NCBI GenBank assembly: GCA_918797485.1
Contig: CAKKNE010000006.1
Location: 868,001 to 932,000, forward strand
From: Pelagomonas calceolata
Taxonomy: Eukaryota
Reading direction: 5' to 3'
Length of the DNA stretch: 64,000 bases
Shown here: one piece after another, positions 12,701-22,460 of the stretch
Numbering within the stretch: position 1 is the first letter of the stretch
How the letters are laid out: each line of letters begins with the position of its first letter
Translations under genes and position numbers: made by a program
The notes under the pieces: model-generated
Databases searched by the model: none
Seen by the model: only the letters and a program-made list of their open reading frames with translations
Told to the model about the DNA's origin: nothing

Positions 12701-14414
12701 GTTATAAAAGCGAGATTGGATGCTTCCGACCTGGAGTCTGAGTTAGCTTCATTAACACCGGACGCTCGCAGACGCGACCTGAAGCGCACGGTCGTCGCGC
12801 GCTTCGACGCTCTCTCGCGGCTCGAACAAGCTGTGTTAGCGGCTGCCAGTGTCCTCGGTGCCTCCTTCTGCCTCGAACCGCTCGTGTCAATCGTCAGTAA
12901 GCAGACGGACGAAGCGACGCACGACGTCATCCGAGGCGAGGTCAGTACGATGCGTAGTCGCTTACGCTACGCTCTCGTGACTTTAATTGAGAGGAACTTT
13001 CTGCGGAAAAGACGAAGAAACGGACAAGAGGAATTCGAGTTTTCGAGAAGTGACGTGAGGAGCGACGTGTATGGATTGCTACCAGTATTAACTCGACAAC
13101 GACTCCATGGCTTCGCTTCTGATTTTTACGAGGAGGACTTTGTGAGGGCGCACCACCTGGTCCACGCCGGGACGTCGCGGTCGCCGGAAAGGGCGTTGAT
13201 TGCTGTTGCTGAAAGGTGTTCTATCACACCGGAAACGAGACCCGAAGCGATTCTAGCTTACTCGTTGCTACTCCATGTCGAGCTCGCCGGCCAGGGGTCG
13301 TGTGGTTCTCCAGCCTACGCCGCTCTGTTAAAACCGGCCTGGCACGAGACCGATATATTTTTACAACCGGACCAGGAGTGGCTCGAACCTGAACTCTTCG
13401 AGTCGCCCCCTCATGGAGTGAGAATCGCCGCCATCCTGCAGGCGCTCGCTTCTTTAGAATTCTCGCTGGGCCACTCGAGGACGGCCTACGCGACGGCGTC
13501 GGCTGCTGTGTGGAAATCATTTCTTGACGATGACGCGGCTGTGCTGGCTCCGTCGAGCGATGAGGAACCGGCATCGCCACGCCATCGAGCAGGCGTCGCG
13601 TCGATGGCATGGAGGTTGACGCGACGATTCAGCACGAAGGCGCGTGATTTTTTGATTTTCACACAGGTCGGCGGGGTTAGCAGCGCTGGGGGACGCGTCA
13701 AATTCCACAATGGCGCGGCTGCGGGCGCTGCGGAGTATAATCCTCGCGGAGCGCGGTGAACTGGAGCGGGCGTCCGCGGAGGCGGCCAAGGCCGTGTCAT
13801 GTGAAGAAGATCAGGATACGCCGGGGCCCTACCACATCTCATTATCATCATCGTCGCCGGAGGCGGTATGCTTAGCCTGCGCTTCATTAGGCGACGCGGC
13901 CCACCTGAGGAAAGCGGCTCGATTGATACCGCGGACGAAATCAAACTATGCCACCGGTTTCGTGTTAAGGGCCGCGGCGCGGTTCCACGCTCGTCGAAAC
14001 GACCCCGACGCGTGCGCCTCGGCGGCGTGCGGCGCGGCGCGCGCCTTCGACGCGTGCCACGAACCATCTTTGGCGACGGAGGCGCGCGCGACCGAGGCGC
14101 TGGCGTATGTAACACAGGGGCGCGCGCGGGCGGCAATGAAGGCGCTGCTTGCGGTGGAGGGCCCGCCGGCGCCGCGCGCCGACGCCGCGCGTGCGGCGGC
14201 CGTCGCTGCCGTCGCGAAGCTCTGCGGCGACGAGGAGACATACGAGGCGTGCGCGCGGGCGGCCGGCGATGAAATAAAGCGGGCCGCGGAGGCGCTGGCT
14301 GCTGGGGTGACTGTGGACGACGGCGAGGCGCCGGAGGTTATGGTCGACGCCGTCGACCCGTGGCTGTCTTTATCTGCTTATCTGGGGAACGTGGCGGAGG
14401 AGTTTATTAGTTAA
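9753..14414 (+). CDS. Soluble adenylate/guanylate cyclase (ADCY10/sAC-like): two class III cyclase domains, P-loop NTPase, helical C-terminus; join(9753..10542,10632..13497,13667..14414), ~1467 aa
   Basis: FVDISGFTKLS, GGDVLKFLGDA (after splicing), DDKG, EYAVIGSSVNLAARLM, Walker A GPQGAGKS, LFIDDAQ. Both introner removals restore the frame. Confidence 0.9.
10551..10631. mobile_element. Introner family A, short copy; GC-AG intron 10543-10631
   Basis: TIRs CTGCGTGGAAATCAA / TTGATGTCCACGCAG; exact TSD GCGGCGAC at 10543-10550 and 10632-10639. Confidence 0.95.
13506..13666. mobile_element. Introner family A; GT-AG intron 13498-13666
   Basis: TIRs CTGTGTGGAAATCA / TGATTTTCACACAG; TSD GTCGGCTG / GTCGGCGG (7 of 8 match). 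Confidence 0.9.
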
Positions 14415-14462
14415 GTGTGTACATTCTATAACAACCAAAATTCTATACACACCGTACCCCTG

Positions 14463-14792
14463 CTACAGCACCGACTCCCCGCGCCGGTCGTCCTCGGGGA
14501 CGCCATGCTCTTCAAACGAAAGCGGGTCGTTCAAGTGATGAGTCGGTAGGGCCGGTCGAAACGGCGCGTGCCTCGCTTCTCGCGGCGCGGCGGTTGGGGT
14601 GCCCTCGTCGTAGCACTCCATGCTCGAGCTCGACTCCTTGGTCGACGGCGTCGCTGCTGTCGCGTACGGTACTCCCGAGAGCGCCGCGGCGACGCGCGCG
14701 GCCTCAGAAGGTACCGCCGGCGTTCGCGGTGGCCTCGGCGGCGGCGGAGCGGGGGCAGCCTCCTTCGCGGTGGGCGAACAGCTGCAAAACAT
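14463..14792 (-). CDS. Hypothetical low-complexity protein
   Basis: ATG-started part of ORF 14463..14915 (MFCSCSPTAKE...); Pro/Ser-rich, no recognisable domain; sits head-to-head with the DnaJ gene. Confidence 0.35.
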   Translation of the reverse strand: MFCSCSPTAKEAAPAPPPPRPPRTPAVPSEAARVAAALSGVPYATAATPSTKESSSSMECYDEGTPTAAPREARHAPFRPALPTHHLNDPLSFEEHGVPEDDRRGESVL

Positions 14793-14973
14793 GGCCTTGT
14801 CCACAGTGTGGTCCTTGGGGTTTGGGGTCCGAGGCGGCGGGGCTGCCCCAGCGATGGGTCCAGGCACGCGGAGAGGTGCGCGCTCAAGTTGGTTCACCCC
14901 TGCGCAGCCTCGCACGGGGAGTGGTGCGGCCAGTTGAGCGCAGAAAGCGCGTGGCGCTTGAGTGGCGGAGGTT

Positions 14974-14996
14974 GCTAGTGTCTTTCAGTCGCTAGC
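14974..14996 (+). promoter_or_regulatory. Divergent-promoter motif copy (GCTAGTGTCTTTCAGTCGCTAGC)
   Basis: Lies between the minus-strand ORF and DnaJ ATG 15209. Confidence 0.55.
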
Positions 14997-15208
14997 TAGC
15001 CGCAGCGCGTTCACTTTTCTAGCCAAAGCGCTCGTTCTTAGGTGGCTACAGCAAAGGCAGACGGTCTGCGACACACTCGAAGGCACATCTGTCGAAACCT
15101 GGAGCTGGAAGGCCGCGAGACTGTCTGTCAGAGCCAATCCCTCTGCAGCGCCATCAGAGCACTGAACAAAAAGCACGCCGTCGCCGCGCAAGCATAGATC
15201 AACACAAG

Positions 15209-16237
15209 ATGAGCAAGACGCCGCCCCCGGGAGCCATCGATTATGAAGCCGCCTGCGCCTTGCTCGGCCTGCCCTGCGCGGCCGACCCGAATGAGATAGA
15301 CGACGACCAACTTAAGAAAGCGTTTCGGAAGGCCGCTTTGAAGGCCCACCCCGACAAGGGCGGGAGCGACGACGCGTTCCGGCAAGTCAAGGCGGCGAGC
15401 GAGTGCATCGTGCGGGCGAAGAAGCACGGCATCGCTCATGCAGCCGATGCGGTCGACTCGGATGATGAAGAGAACAACTTTGAAGCGTTTTTTGATGAAG
15501 AGGGTGATGATATCATGGCCGAGATTATATTGAGGATGTACGAGATGGAAACGGGCAGAGGTGCTACTGGAAGTAAGCGGAGGAAGATCCGCGACTTGGT
15601 GGAGCGGTTACGACGATCAGAAGAGTCCAAAAGACTGGAGGCCGAGAAGCTCGCTCGAGTGGCTGTAGCGAAAGCTCAGAAAGCCAAAGAAGAGCAGCGC
15701 TTCTGGGCGCGCCAGGAGGCTTCTGGAAGTAGGTCGCTGCAGGAGGGCGGTGCGGGGTGCTATCTCCAGTGGGACCCCCGACAACTACGGAGAGAACTGC
15801 AAAAACGTCGGCTCAAACCGCCGCGACCGTCTACAACAAAAACGATGGCCGAGGAGTTGTTGAAAGACGATGAGAAGAAGGCGTCGCAACAGGCGGCCTC
15901 GGAGACGTCGCTCGTGTCTCCGGGCGCGGCACCACCACCTACACAAAAAAAGAAGCCCGTCTTCCAACGACCGCGCGACAAATTACGGGACAATCGGAGG
16001 CGGCGGGCCCAGGAGATTCTGAAGCAGCAGGCCGCGGAAAGCGCCGAGCGGGAGCGCGTCGAGACTCTGTATGTGGGCGCGGGGCTGTCTTTATTGGGAC
16101 TGGCGGTCCTCATCTTCTTCCTGGACTTCCTCTTCTACGTCGGCTTCTGGCGGTGTTTCACGCCTCTGGCGGCGGTCTTCGGGGGCTACTTCTACTACGC
16201 GCTGGCGGCGGAGCCCCCGACGGCGAAGGGGGGCTAG
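15209..16237 (+). CDS. DnaJ (J-domain) protein with C-terminal membrane anchors
   Basis: LKKAFRKAALKAHPDKGG J-domain motif; two hydrophobic C-terminal segments. Confidence 0.85.
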   Translation: MSKTPPPGAIDYEAACALLGLPCAADPNEIDDDQLKKAFRKAALKAHPDKGGSDDAFRQVKAASECIVRAKKHGIAHAADAVDSDDEENNFEAFFDEEGDDIMAEIILRMYEMETGRGATGSKRRKIRDLVERLRRSEESKRLEAEKLARVAVAKAQKAKEEQRFWARQEASGSRSLQEGGAGCYLQWDPRQLRRELQKRRLKPPRPSTTKTMAEELLKDDEKKASQQAASETSLVSPGAAPPPTQKKKPVFQRPRDKLRDNRRRRAQEILKQQAAESAERERVETLYVGAGLSLLGLAVLIFFLDFLFYVGFWRCFTPLAAVFGGYFYYALAAEPPTAKGG

Positions 16238-16316
16238 CGTGTCCTAATGTAACTTGTTGTGATCTCGAGACATCGCGTCGATGGCGCTGGGACGCCTCCT
16301 TACGCGAGACAGGGAC

Positions 16317-16989
16317 CTAGGCCATGGCGACGCACTCCGCCTTCGTCTTGGAGGAGGACCAGCCCTCCTTCACGGAATAAAATCCGGGCGGAGGCACGAC
16401 CCACTCGAATTCAAACCCCGTCGCCGGGTTGTAGTAGAGGGGCGGCTCGCCGTCGCCATCGATGGCGGCCTTGACCTTGGCCAAATCGTCGGGGTCGTGC
16501 TCGACCGTTAAGGTGGGAAGGGCCTCGGGCGCGCGGTTGTCGGCTCCATGTAACTTGTAGACGTCGGCGTCGCCCGGCGGCTTCGCGTAGCAGTAGGCCG
16601 CGTCCGAACCCGCGCTCGGTAAATGAGCCAGCACAGCGGCGGCGTTGGCCGGCACGACCTCCTCCGTGAACGGTTCGACGAGTAGACAGTCGGGCACCTC
16701 GCCCTTCTTCGGGAGCGGCTTCAGTAAACCCTTGAGGAGGAGGCCGCGCTCGGACCGCGGGTGGACCTGCTGGCCGTCGGCGTCGAAGGGCCAGTCGGCC
16801 TGCGGTGCGCGTGAACGTGGGGCCTCGCGCGGGCGTCGACGCGTGGGGTCGCTCTCGCGCGGCGGCGGCGCGCGCTCCGGTCGTGTTTTGTGGGGTGCTG
16901 CCCTTGGTGTGGGTTGTAGGCGGCGCGGCGCGCGGCGCTGCTTCGTGGGAACGTACCTTGGGGTCTTTCTTGATGCGACGCGGCGGCAT
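16317..16989 (-). CDS. Hypothetical protein; complement(join(16317..16799,16957..16989)), 171 aa
   Basis: MPPRRIKKDPK|ADWPFDADG... joined through GTACGT..CAG intron 16800-16956, in frame with ORF 16317..16697. Confidence 0.6.
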
Positions 16990-17160
16990 TGTGATCAATG
17001 GGGCTGCGCTCGCGCTGCTACTGTCCGCACAAGTTTGGTAGGGGACCAAGTTTGCAAGCTGAGGTTTGGTTTTATGTGTCCGACGGCCGATTCTGTTCTG
17101 CGTAGGCGTCTGGACGGGTGGCAGTAAGGCCACAGCCCTTTGCGAACGGTACCGCTGCTT

Positions 17161-17184
17161 GCTAGTGTCTTACAGCCCGCTACC
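17161..17184 (+). promoter_or_regulatory. Divergent-promoter motif copy (GCTAGTGTCTTACAGCCCGCTACC)
   Basis: Lies between ATG 16989 (-) and ATG 17374 (+). Confidence 0.55.
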
Positions 17185-17373
17185 TCTCTCGGCCCCGGCC
17201 GGCTTGCCTCAGCACGTTCTACGCATCGCTAGACGTGGTTGTGGGACCCACGAGTGACGTAGCAGACGAGCTATTCGCTGGTACATCACACCTGCGCAGC
17301 GCCGTCGACGCTCGGAGACCGCCGCACAACTCTCCCAGCCACCACTGCTGACAGTGACATCGCAGCGCAGACC

Positions 17374-17859
17374 ATGTTACGCCGCGCGTGCGCCCGCCTA
17401 GCCACCCACGCGCGACAGCGGCCGTTGTCCGTTGCCTTGCGCGACGCCGCCGCGAGGACGCCGGTGAGATGCTTCTCCGAGATCGCCGGCCTCGACGACG
17501 TCGTCATCCTCACGGCCTCCGCCGCGAAGCGAATAGCCCAGCTGGAAGCCGACGGAAAACCAGCGAGATTACGTTTACAAATTGATGGCGGCGGCTGCTC
17601 CGGCTTCGAGTACAAGTTCGAGGTCGAACGGGCCGACGCTTCAATAGAAGAAGACGACCACGTCTTCACCCGCGACTCATCTTCTGTGGTTGTGGACGAC
17701 TCGTCGCTGGAGTTCGTGCGGGGCGCGACGATCGACTTCCAGCAGGAGATGATCCGGTCGGCCTTTGCTGTTGTGGATAATCCGAACAGCGAGTCGGCGT
17801 GCGGCTGCGGAAGTTCTTTCGCTTTGAAGAACTTCGAAAGTAATCCGGCTATCGACTAA
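17374..17859 (+). CDS. ISCA2: Iron-sulfur cluster assembly protein IscA2, mitochondrial
   Basis: LRLQIDGGGCSGFEY and NPNSESACGCGSSF A-type carrier motifs; mitochondrial presequence. Confidence 0.93.
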   Translation: MLRRACARLATHARQRPLSVALRDAAARTPVRCFSEIAGLDDVVILTASAAKRIAQLEADGKPARLRLQIDGGGCSGFEYKFEVERADASIEEDDHVFTRDSSSVVVDDSSLEFVRGATIDFQQEMIRSAFAVVDNPNSESACGCGSSFALKNFESNPAID

Positions 17860-18772
17860 TTACTCGGTCTACTATTGCTCTCACCGGGGCGAGGCCCTGT
17901 GTTCCGTCGACAACAATGTCGAAGGCCGCCGCGTACTTCGCCTTGCCGTCATCGGAAGGGTCGTTCAAGTACCCGATTTTCAACGCACAATCGAGAGAAG
18001 CGCCGCCTTCACTCATATTCGCGTCACCGAGACCGTCGCCGATCACAAGAGCGTTCACGAGGACGCCCTTGCCCTCATCCACCACAGACTGCGACTTGTT
18101 GTACATGTGGATCAGCGGCTCCGTGAAGCCCTCCAGCCAGCCGGCCTTCGGGTGGAACTTCATGCCGTTCGAGATGACCCGGATCGGGTCCCTGGAAGTG
18201 GGCTCGCCCGTGTTGACATCGGTCGGACTTTCCCATTTTGGTAGATTAAATAATTCTATCAAAGCTTCCTCCACGACGTCCTTCAGCCCCGCTGATAATA
18301 TTTGCGTAGCGACCTCTCGTTGCCTTAGTAACGCTAATAAGTCAGCAGCCCCATCCCGAGCGAAGAAAGCACCGGAATCTCTAGCTTTTCTGACGCCGTC
18401 GGCGATCATGTCCCGCGACACGTACTCCTGGACCATCGTTAAGTGATTGGCCCGGTACCATTCTTCCATCAATGGTATTTTCTCGGATAGAGGCATGTTC
18501 AAGTTTTGCTCGATGGGATAGTAGTGCGCAAAAAGACGGCGCTCGACGTCGCGGAACGGCTCCGACAACACGCCGGCGACGACCTGGTGGGCGCTCGCGG
18601 ACTTGGCGCCCGTTAAGGTGCGGTCGAAGTCGGCTATCACCGTCAGGTTCGACGGGCCGCCTTGTATCAATGCGCCGAGCTTGGCTGCGGCGGCTTGGGG
18701 ATCAGCTATTATACAGCCGGCAGAGGTGAATTGCTGGACCAGCGCGGCGGCGGCGTCGATGTGGGCGGCCAT
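17849..18772 (-). CDS. NT5C3: Pyrimidine 5'-nucleotidase (cN-III/UMPH-1, HAD family)
   Basis: VIADFDRTLT, YYPIE..EKIPLMEEWY, ILSAGL, IGDGLGDANM, KIGYLND, FDIVV. Confidence 0.88.
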   Translation of the reverse strand: MAAHIDAAAALVQQFTSAGCIIADPQAAAAKLGALIQGGPSNLTVIADFDRTLTGAKSASAHQVVAGVLSEPFRDVERRLFAHYYPIEQNLNMPLSEKIPLMEEWYRANHLTMVQEYVSRDMIADGVRKARDSGAFFARDGAADLLALLRQREVATQILSAGLKDVVEEALIELFNLPKWESPTDVNTGEPTSRDPIRVISNGMKFHPKAGWLEGFTEPLIHMYNKSQSVVDEGKGVLVNALVIGDGLGDANMSEGGASLDCALKIGYLNDPSDDGKAKYAAAFDIVVDGTQGLAPVRAIVDRVISR

Positions 18773-18845
18773 TGCTGCTTGGCAACGCTGCTGCGCTCGC
18801 TGTTTGCTCAGCTGTGCTGTTTTTTTTTGCCAAGCGGAGCTCGTT

Positions 18846-18869
18846 GCTAGCGGCATGTAAGGCACTAGC
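18846..18869 (-). promoter_or_regulatory. Divergent-promoter motif copy (GCTAGTGCCTTACATGCCGCTAGC on minus strand)
   Basis: Lies between ATG 18772 (-) and ATG 18962 (+). Confidence 0.55.
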
Positions 18870-18961
18870 AAACACAGCTTTTACCCATTACGCCTGCAAA
18901 AAGCTCCATTGGCCCTTATTCGTCGTCCACGCACTCAATCTGATCTTATCTCTTGCATACC

Positions 18962-20353
18962 ATGCGGCAATTCGTGCTGTATTACGCGCTCGCGCTGTGC
19001 ACTGCCACCCAGCCAGGCAAGCCTGCAGCACCGCCCAAATTCATCTACGCGACGAAGAATGAAGTAAAACAACAGCTGGCAGCCGCCAAGCGACGCCTCG
19101 ACGCGAATGCAACAGATGTCCGCGCGAAACACGCCGTCGCGAAAATCCTGCGCGCGCTCGGTGACATCGATGGCGACGCAACGGCGCGCAACGTGGGCTT
19201 TGAGAACGCCACGGCGGCCTGGGCGCGCGCCGCGCACGTCGACGTCGAAGGCGCGGTCCACTACGCCTTACGGCGAGGCGACCACGCGGAAGCACAACGG
19301 TTGATCGGCGAACGACTTCGTGAAGTCCCGGACTGCCAGATAGCGCTCGAGTTGAGGGCGCTGGAGCGCCGCGCATTTGGCGACAATGCCGCGGCATCAA
19401 AATTCTACGACGAAGCCGCGGAACGTGCGACGGGCGCCGCGAGGAACCCCGCGCTGCTCCGGTCAGCGCTGGGCCGCGCGGCGAACGGCGACGTCGAGGG
19501 CGCGCAGCGCGTCTTCGAGGACCTTTGTCAAGGAAGCGACGACGCGGAGGCCTGGCGCGAATACGGTTTCTTCCTCGACGAGCGCATGGGAGATCGAGCA
19601 AGGGCGGTCGCGGCCCTGAAGCGGGCCGTGCGGCTGGACCCGAGCGAAGGGCAAGCTAGAGCGCAGCTGGCGAAATGGGGAGCTTTGGATGATGAGACCG
19701 ATCGGACCGCGCGCCTCGACGACGCGTACGTCGGGGGTTTATTTGATCAGTTCGCGGCTTCATTTGATGAGACGCTGGTCGAGAAGCTCGGGTATCGGGG
19801 GCATCTGCAGTGCGCGGCGGTGCTCTCAAAGGCGCTCGAAGACGTCGAACTGAACGCCGATGTTAGTGTAGTCGATCTAGGCGCGGGCACGGGCCTCTGC
19901 GGCGCGCCTTTGAGAAAAGTCCTCGCCCCGAAGACGCCGCACATCACAGCGGTCGACCTGTCGACGCGCATGCTCGAGCGCTGCGCGGAGCGCGGCGACC
20001 ACGACGCCGTTGTCGAGGGCGAGGCCGTCGACCATTTGCGGCGACTGCCGGCTGATAGCGTGGATATCATTGTTGCTGCTGATGTGCTTGCGTATATTGG
20101 CGACTGTGCCGAGTTATTTGGCGAAGCTCACCGGGTCCTGCGAGCACATGGTCGGTTGGTGTTCACGCTCGAGGAGGGCGACGCCGGCTTCGGCCTGGGG
20201 CCGGGCGGGCGCTTCGTCCACTCGGAGGCGTATTTGTACGACGCGGCGGCCGCGGCGGGGCTGCGCGTCGTGGCCCTGGACCGGGGGCCGATGCGTTCTC
20301 AAGGAGGAGCTCCTGTGGTCGCGCTGATCGCGGCGTTGGGGCCTGTTTCGTAA
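18962..20353 (+). CDS. TPR-containing class I SAM-dependent methyltransferase (COG4976-like) with signal peptide
   Basis: YVGGLFDQFAASFDETLVEKLGY, VDLGAGTGLCG, VDLSTRML, AADVLAYIGD, GRFVHSEAY; TPR-like helices upstream. Confidence 0.85.
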   Translation: MRQFVLYYALALCTATQPGKPAAPPKFIYATKNEVKQQLAAAKRRLDANATDVRAKHAVAKILRALGDIDGDATARNVGFENATAAWARAAHVDVEGAVHYALRRGDHAEAQRLIGERLREVPDCQIALELRALERRAFGDNAAASKFYDEAAERATGAARNPALLRSALGRAANGDVEGAQRVFEDLCQGSDDAEAWREYGFFLDERMGDRARAVAALKRAVRLDPSEGQARAQLAKWGALDDETDRTARLDDAYVGGLFDQFAASFDETLVEKLGYRGHLQCAAVLSKALEDVELNADVSVVDLGAGTGLCGAPLRKVLAPKTPHITAVDLSTRMLERCAERGDHDAVVEGEAVDHLRRLPADSVDIIVAADVLAYIGDCAELFGEAHRVLRAHGRLVFTLEEGDAGFGLGPGGRFVHSEAYLYDAAAAAGLRVVALDRGPMRSQGGAPVVALIAALGPVS

Positions 20354-20703
20354 ACGTGTTTGTGTTGTACCTTATCTTATTGTTACGGTGCTAGGGCTAG
20401 TCTGACGTCAGTTGTTGGGCGTTAGTGCCTCGTAGCGCGGGTTCCAGTACTCGGTAACTTTCCAGAACAGCTCGTTCGGGAAGGTCGGCGCGAAGAGGAG
20501 CGCGATTTCGCGCGGCGTTGTTCTGCGCGTCTGCGCTTTCCTCTCTCGTGCACGGCCGCGCGCTATCAGTGACCGGAGGCGGAGGAGCTCCTTCGGCGGC
20601 GCGCGAACGTAGCCCTTCCAGGTTGACCCGGCGGCTCGATACGGCGGCGAGCACGGCGGAGTCGAGCACTGGGTCGACGGCGATCACACGCTGCCGTCGC
20701 AAG

Positions 20704-20755
20704 CAGTGCATAAATCAAATTGTCGCACCCGACTCACTGGTTGATTTGTGCACAG
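20704..20755. mobile_element. Minimal 52-bp introner (CAGTGCATAAATC subtype); potential GT-AG intron 20696-20755 on +, host gene unclear
   Basis: TIRs CAGTGCATAAATCAA / TTGATTTGTGCACAG; exact TSD GTCGCAAG at 20696-20703 and 20756-20763. Confidence 0.88.
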
Positions 20756-21101
20756 GTCGCAAGACGTCGAGGCTCACTTCAGCGCGCGGCCGGCGGACGC
20801 GTCGCGTCTACGGCTGGCGAACTCGCGCATGTTCGGCACGAACGGCGCCTACGCGTCCGTGCGCGCGCGCATCGGCGACACGAGACGCATTCTTGATTTA
20901 CGGACATCTGGGGAAGCGGCCGAGTGGTGCGGCGCGCACATCGCCTCCACGCGGAGGCGCATGGATCGGGCGTCGACCGTCGCGCCGTCGTCGCGGGCCT
21001 CGACGGTCGAGACGATCGAGACGCAGGACTCGACGACCGAGGCGCACTGACTGTCCCCTCTCCCCGCGGCCGTTCGTTTCGTTAAACCTGATATACATAC
21101 T

Positions 21102-22172
21102 TTACTCCGAGTTGCCCTCCTCCACCCACTCGCGCTGCAGCCGCAGCGCCAGAACCTCGTCGTCCTCGGACTGGGAACCTAAGTCCTCCTCGCCGCGTCT
21201 GTAGACGTCTCGGGGCGTCCTCTTCGAGTATCTAACGTCAACCGAAGAGAAGCTCGCGCGCGAAGCGGTGTAATTATAAAGATTGATCTCGGTGAGTGGC
21301 CGGCGTGCAAAGTAGAAAGTCCGGCGTCCGTGACATTTATCGCCGGTCAGGCTCTTGACAGACACGTCCGCCGATCCCAAGACACCTCGCAGCACCGACC
21401 AATCGAACCGTAGCTCGACACTGTATATCTGACCAGGCTTCACGATCATGATGGGGGTTCCATTCTCGTCAGTACGATTCATGTTCCACCACTGGAGCTC
21501 GTACCAAGTCTCCTCCTCACCATCTCCGTTCCCTCGTATGCCACTCGGCTCAACAAGCAGGCCCGCGAATTCCCTCCCAGCCGGACCAAGACTTATAGCT
21601 GCGAAGCCTTCCATACTTGGCTCCTGATGAGAAACTTGCTCATTCACGTCTCTAAATTGGAAGCTGTAGGTGAGTCGCCGTATACACAAGAACTCGTCGG
21701 AATCGAGTCTTTTGGTTAAGCCGCCCCCGTGGTGATGCCCTCTGCTGCCATTCAGCGGATCTTCAGTATGGATTTGTAGGCAGTGCCACGGCCACGGGCC
21801 TCGATTGGCGATGTCTCTACTAGTATAAAGGGCGCGTCTGCAGCGAAAGGCGCCTTCGTGTTCAGGACGTTCAAGAGGCTCCCACGCCTCGAGACTGCTA
21901 CCATCGAACCGCGACCAGCGCTCGTCCCGGCCCGTCCACCGAACGGCGTCGAGGAGCGCGCTCGTCGACGTGCGGATCGTGCCGGTCTGCCGCGCGATCA
22001 AGCTATACGTCCGCCACTGCTGGTCGCGGAACCGGCGCGAAACCCTGGGCACGGTCGCGATCGCTTTGAGGGGAAGCAATGCGAGCAGGGGCTCCACTAA
22101 ATCGCCTTGCCAGAGCCGGAGTAGATCTGTGCTGCTCGAGCCAGCCGTGCGCTTGCCGAGGGATTGCTCCAT
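21102..22172 (-). CDS. Hypothetical protein with F-box-like N-terminus
   Basis: 356-aa ORF; LVEPLLALLPLKAIATVPRVSRRFR resembles an F-box; beta-rich C-terminal domain. Confidence 0.6.
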   Translation of the reverse strand: MEQSLGKRTAGSSSTDLLRLWQGDLVEPLLALLPLKAIATVPRVSRRFRDQQWRTYSLIARQTGTIRTSTSALLDAVRWTGRDERWSRFDGSSLEAWEPLERPEHEGAFRCRRALYTSRDIANRGPWPWHCLQIHTEDPLNGSRGHHHGGGLTKRLDSDEFLCIRRLTYSFQFRDVNEQVSHQEPSMEGFAAISLGPAGREFAGLLVEPSGIRGNGDGEEETWYELQWWNMNRTDENGTPIMIVKPGQIYSVELRFDWSVLRGVLGSADVSVKSLTGDKCHGRRTFYFARRPLTEINLYNYTASRASFSSVDVRYSKRTPRDVYRRGEEDLGSQSEDDEVLALRLQREWVEEGNSE

Positions 22173-22240
22173 TGCTATGCTTTGAGCGATGACTGGCCGA
22201 TGAGCGTGTACAAGCTCGTTGTGTTGTTTGGCTTGGACCT

Positions 22241-22262
22241 GCTAGTGTCTTACACCGCTAGC
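22241..22262 (+). promoter_or_regulatory. Divergent-promoter motif copy (GCTAGTGTCTTACACCGCTAGC)
   Basis: Lies between ATG 22172 (-) and ATG 22461 (+). Confidence 0.6.
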
Positions 22263-22460
22263 TAGCTACGCTGCGGAGCTGCGACAATTGCGGCTTCGTG
22301 AGGCTGCAGCGCTGCGGACGAAGCAATTTGTCGATCATTCATCGAATCCAACAAAAATTTCGGCACCCGTGGCGGCACAGACCCAGCTTAGAGCCACAAG
22401 AAGAAATCACAGATCTTTTGGCAGCTTCCCTGCTCGCAGCAATCGTAAGAGCGTAAGGAC

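Noticed and set aside
17849..17859. 11-nt overlap of the convergent IscA2 and nucleotidase CDS ends
   Set aside because: Real, but expected in very compact genomes.
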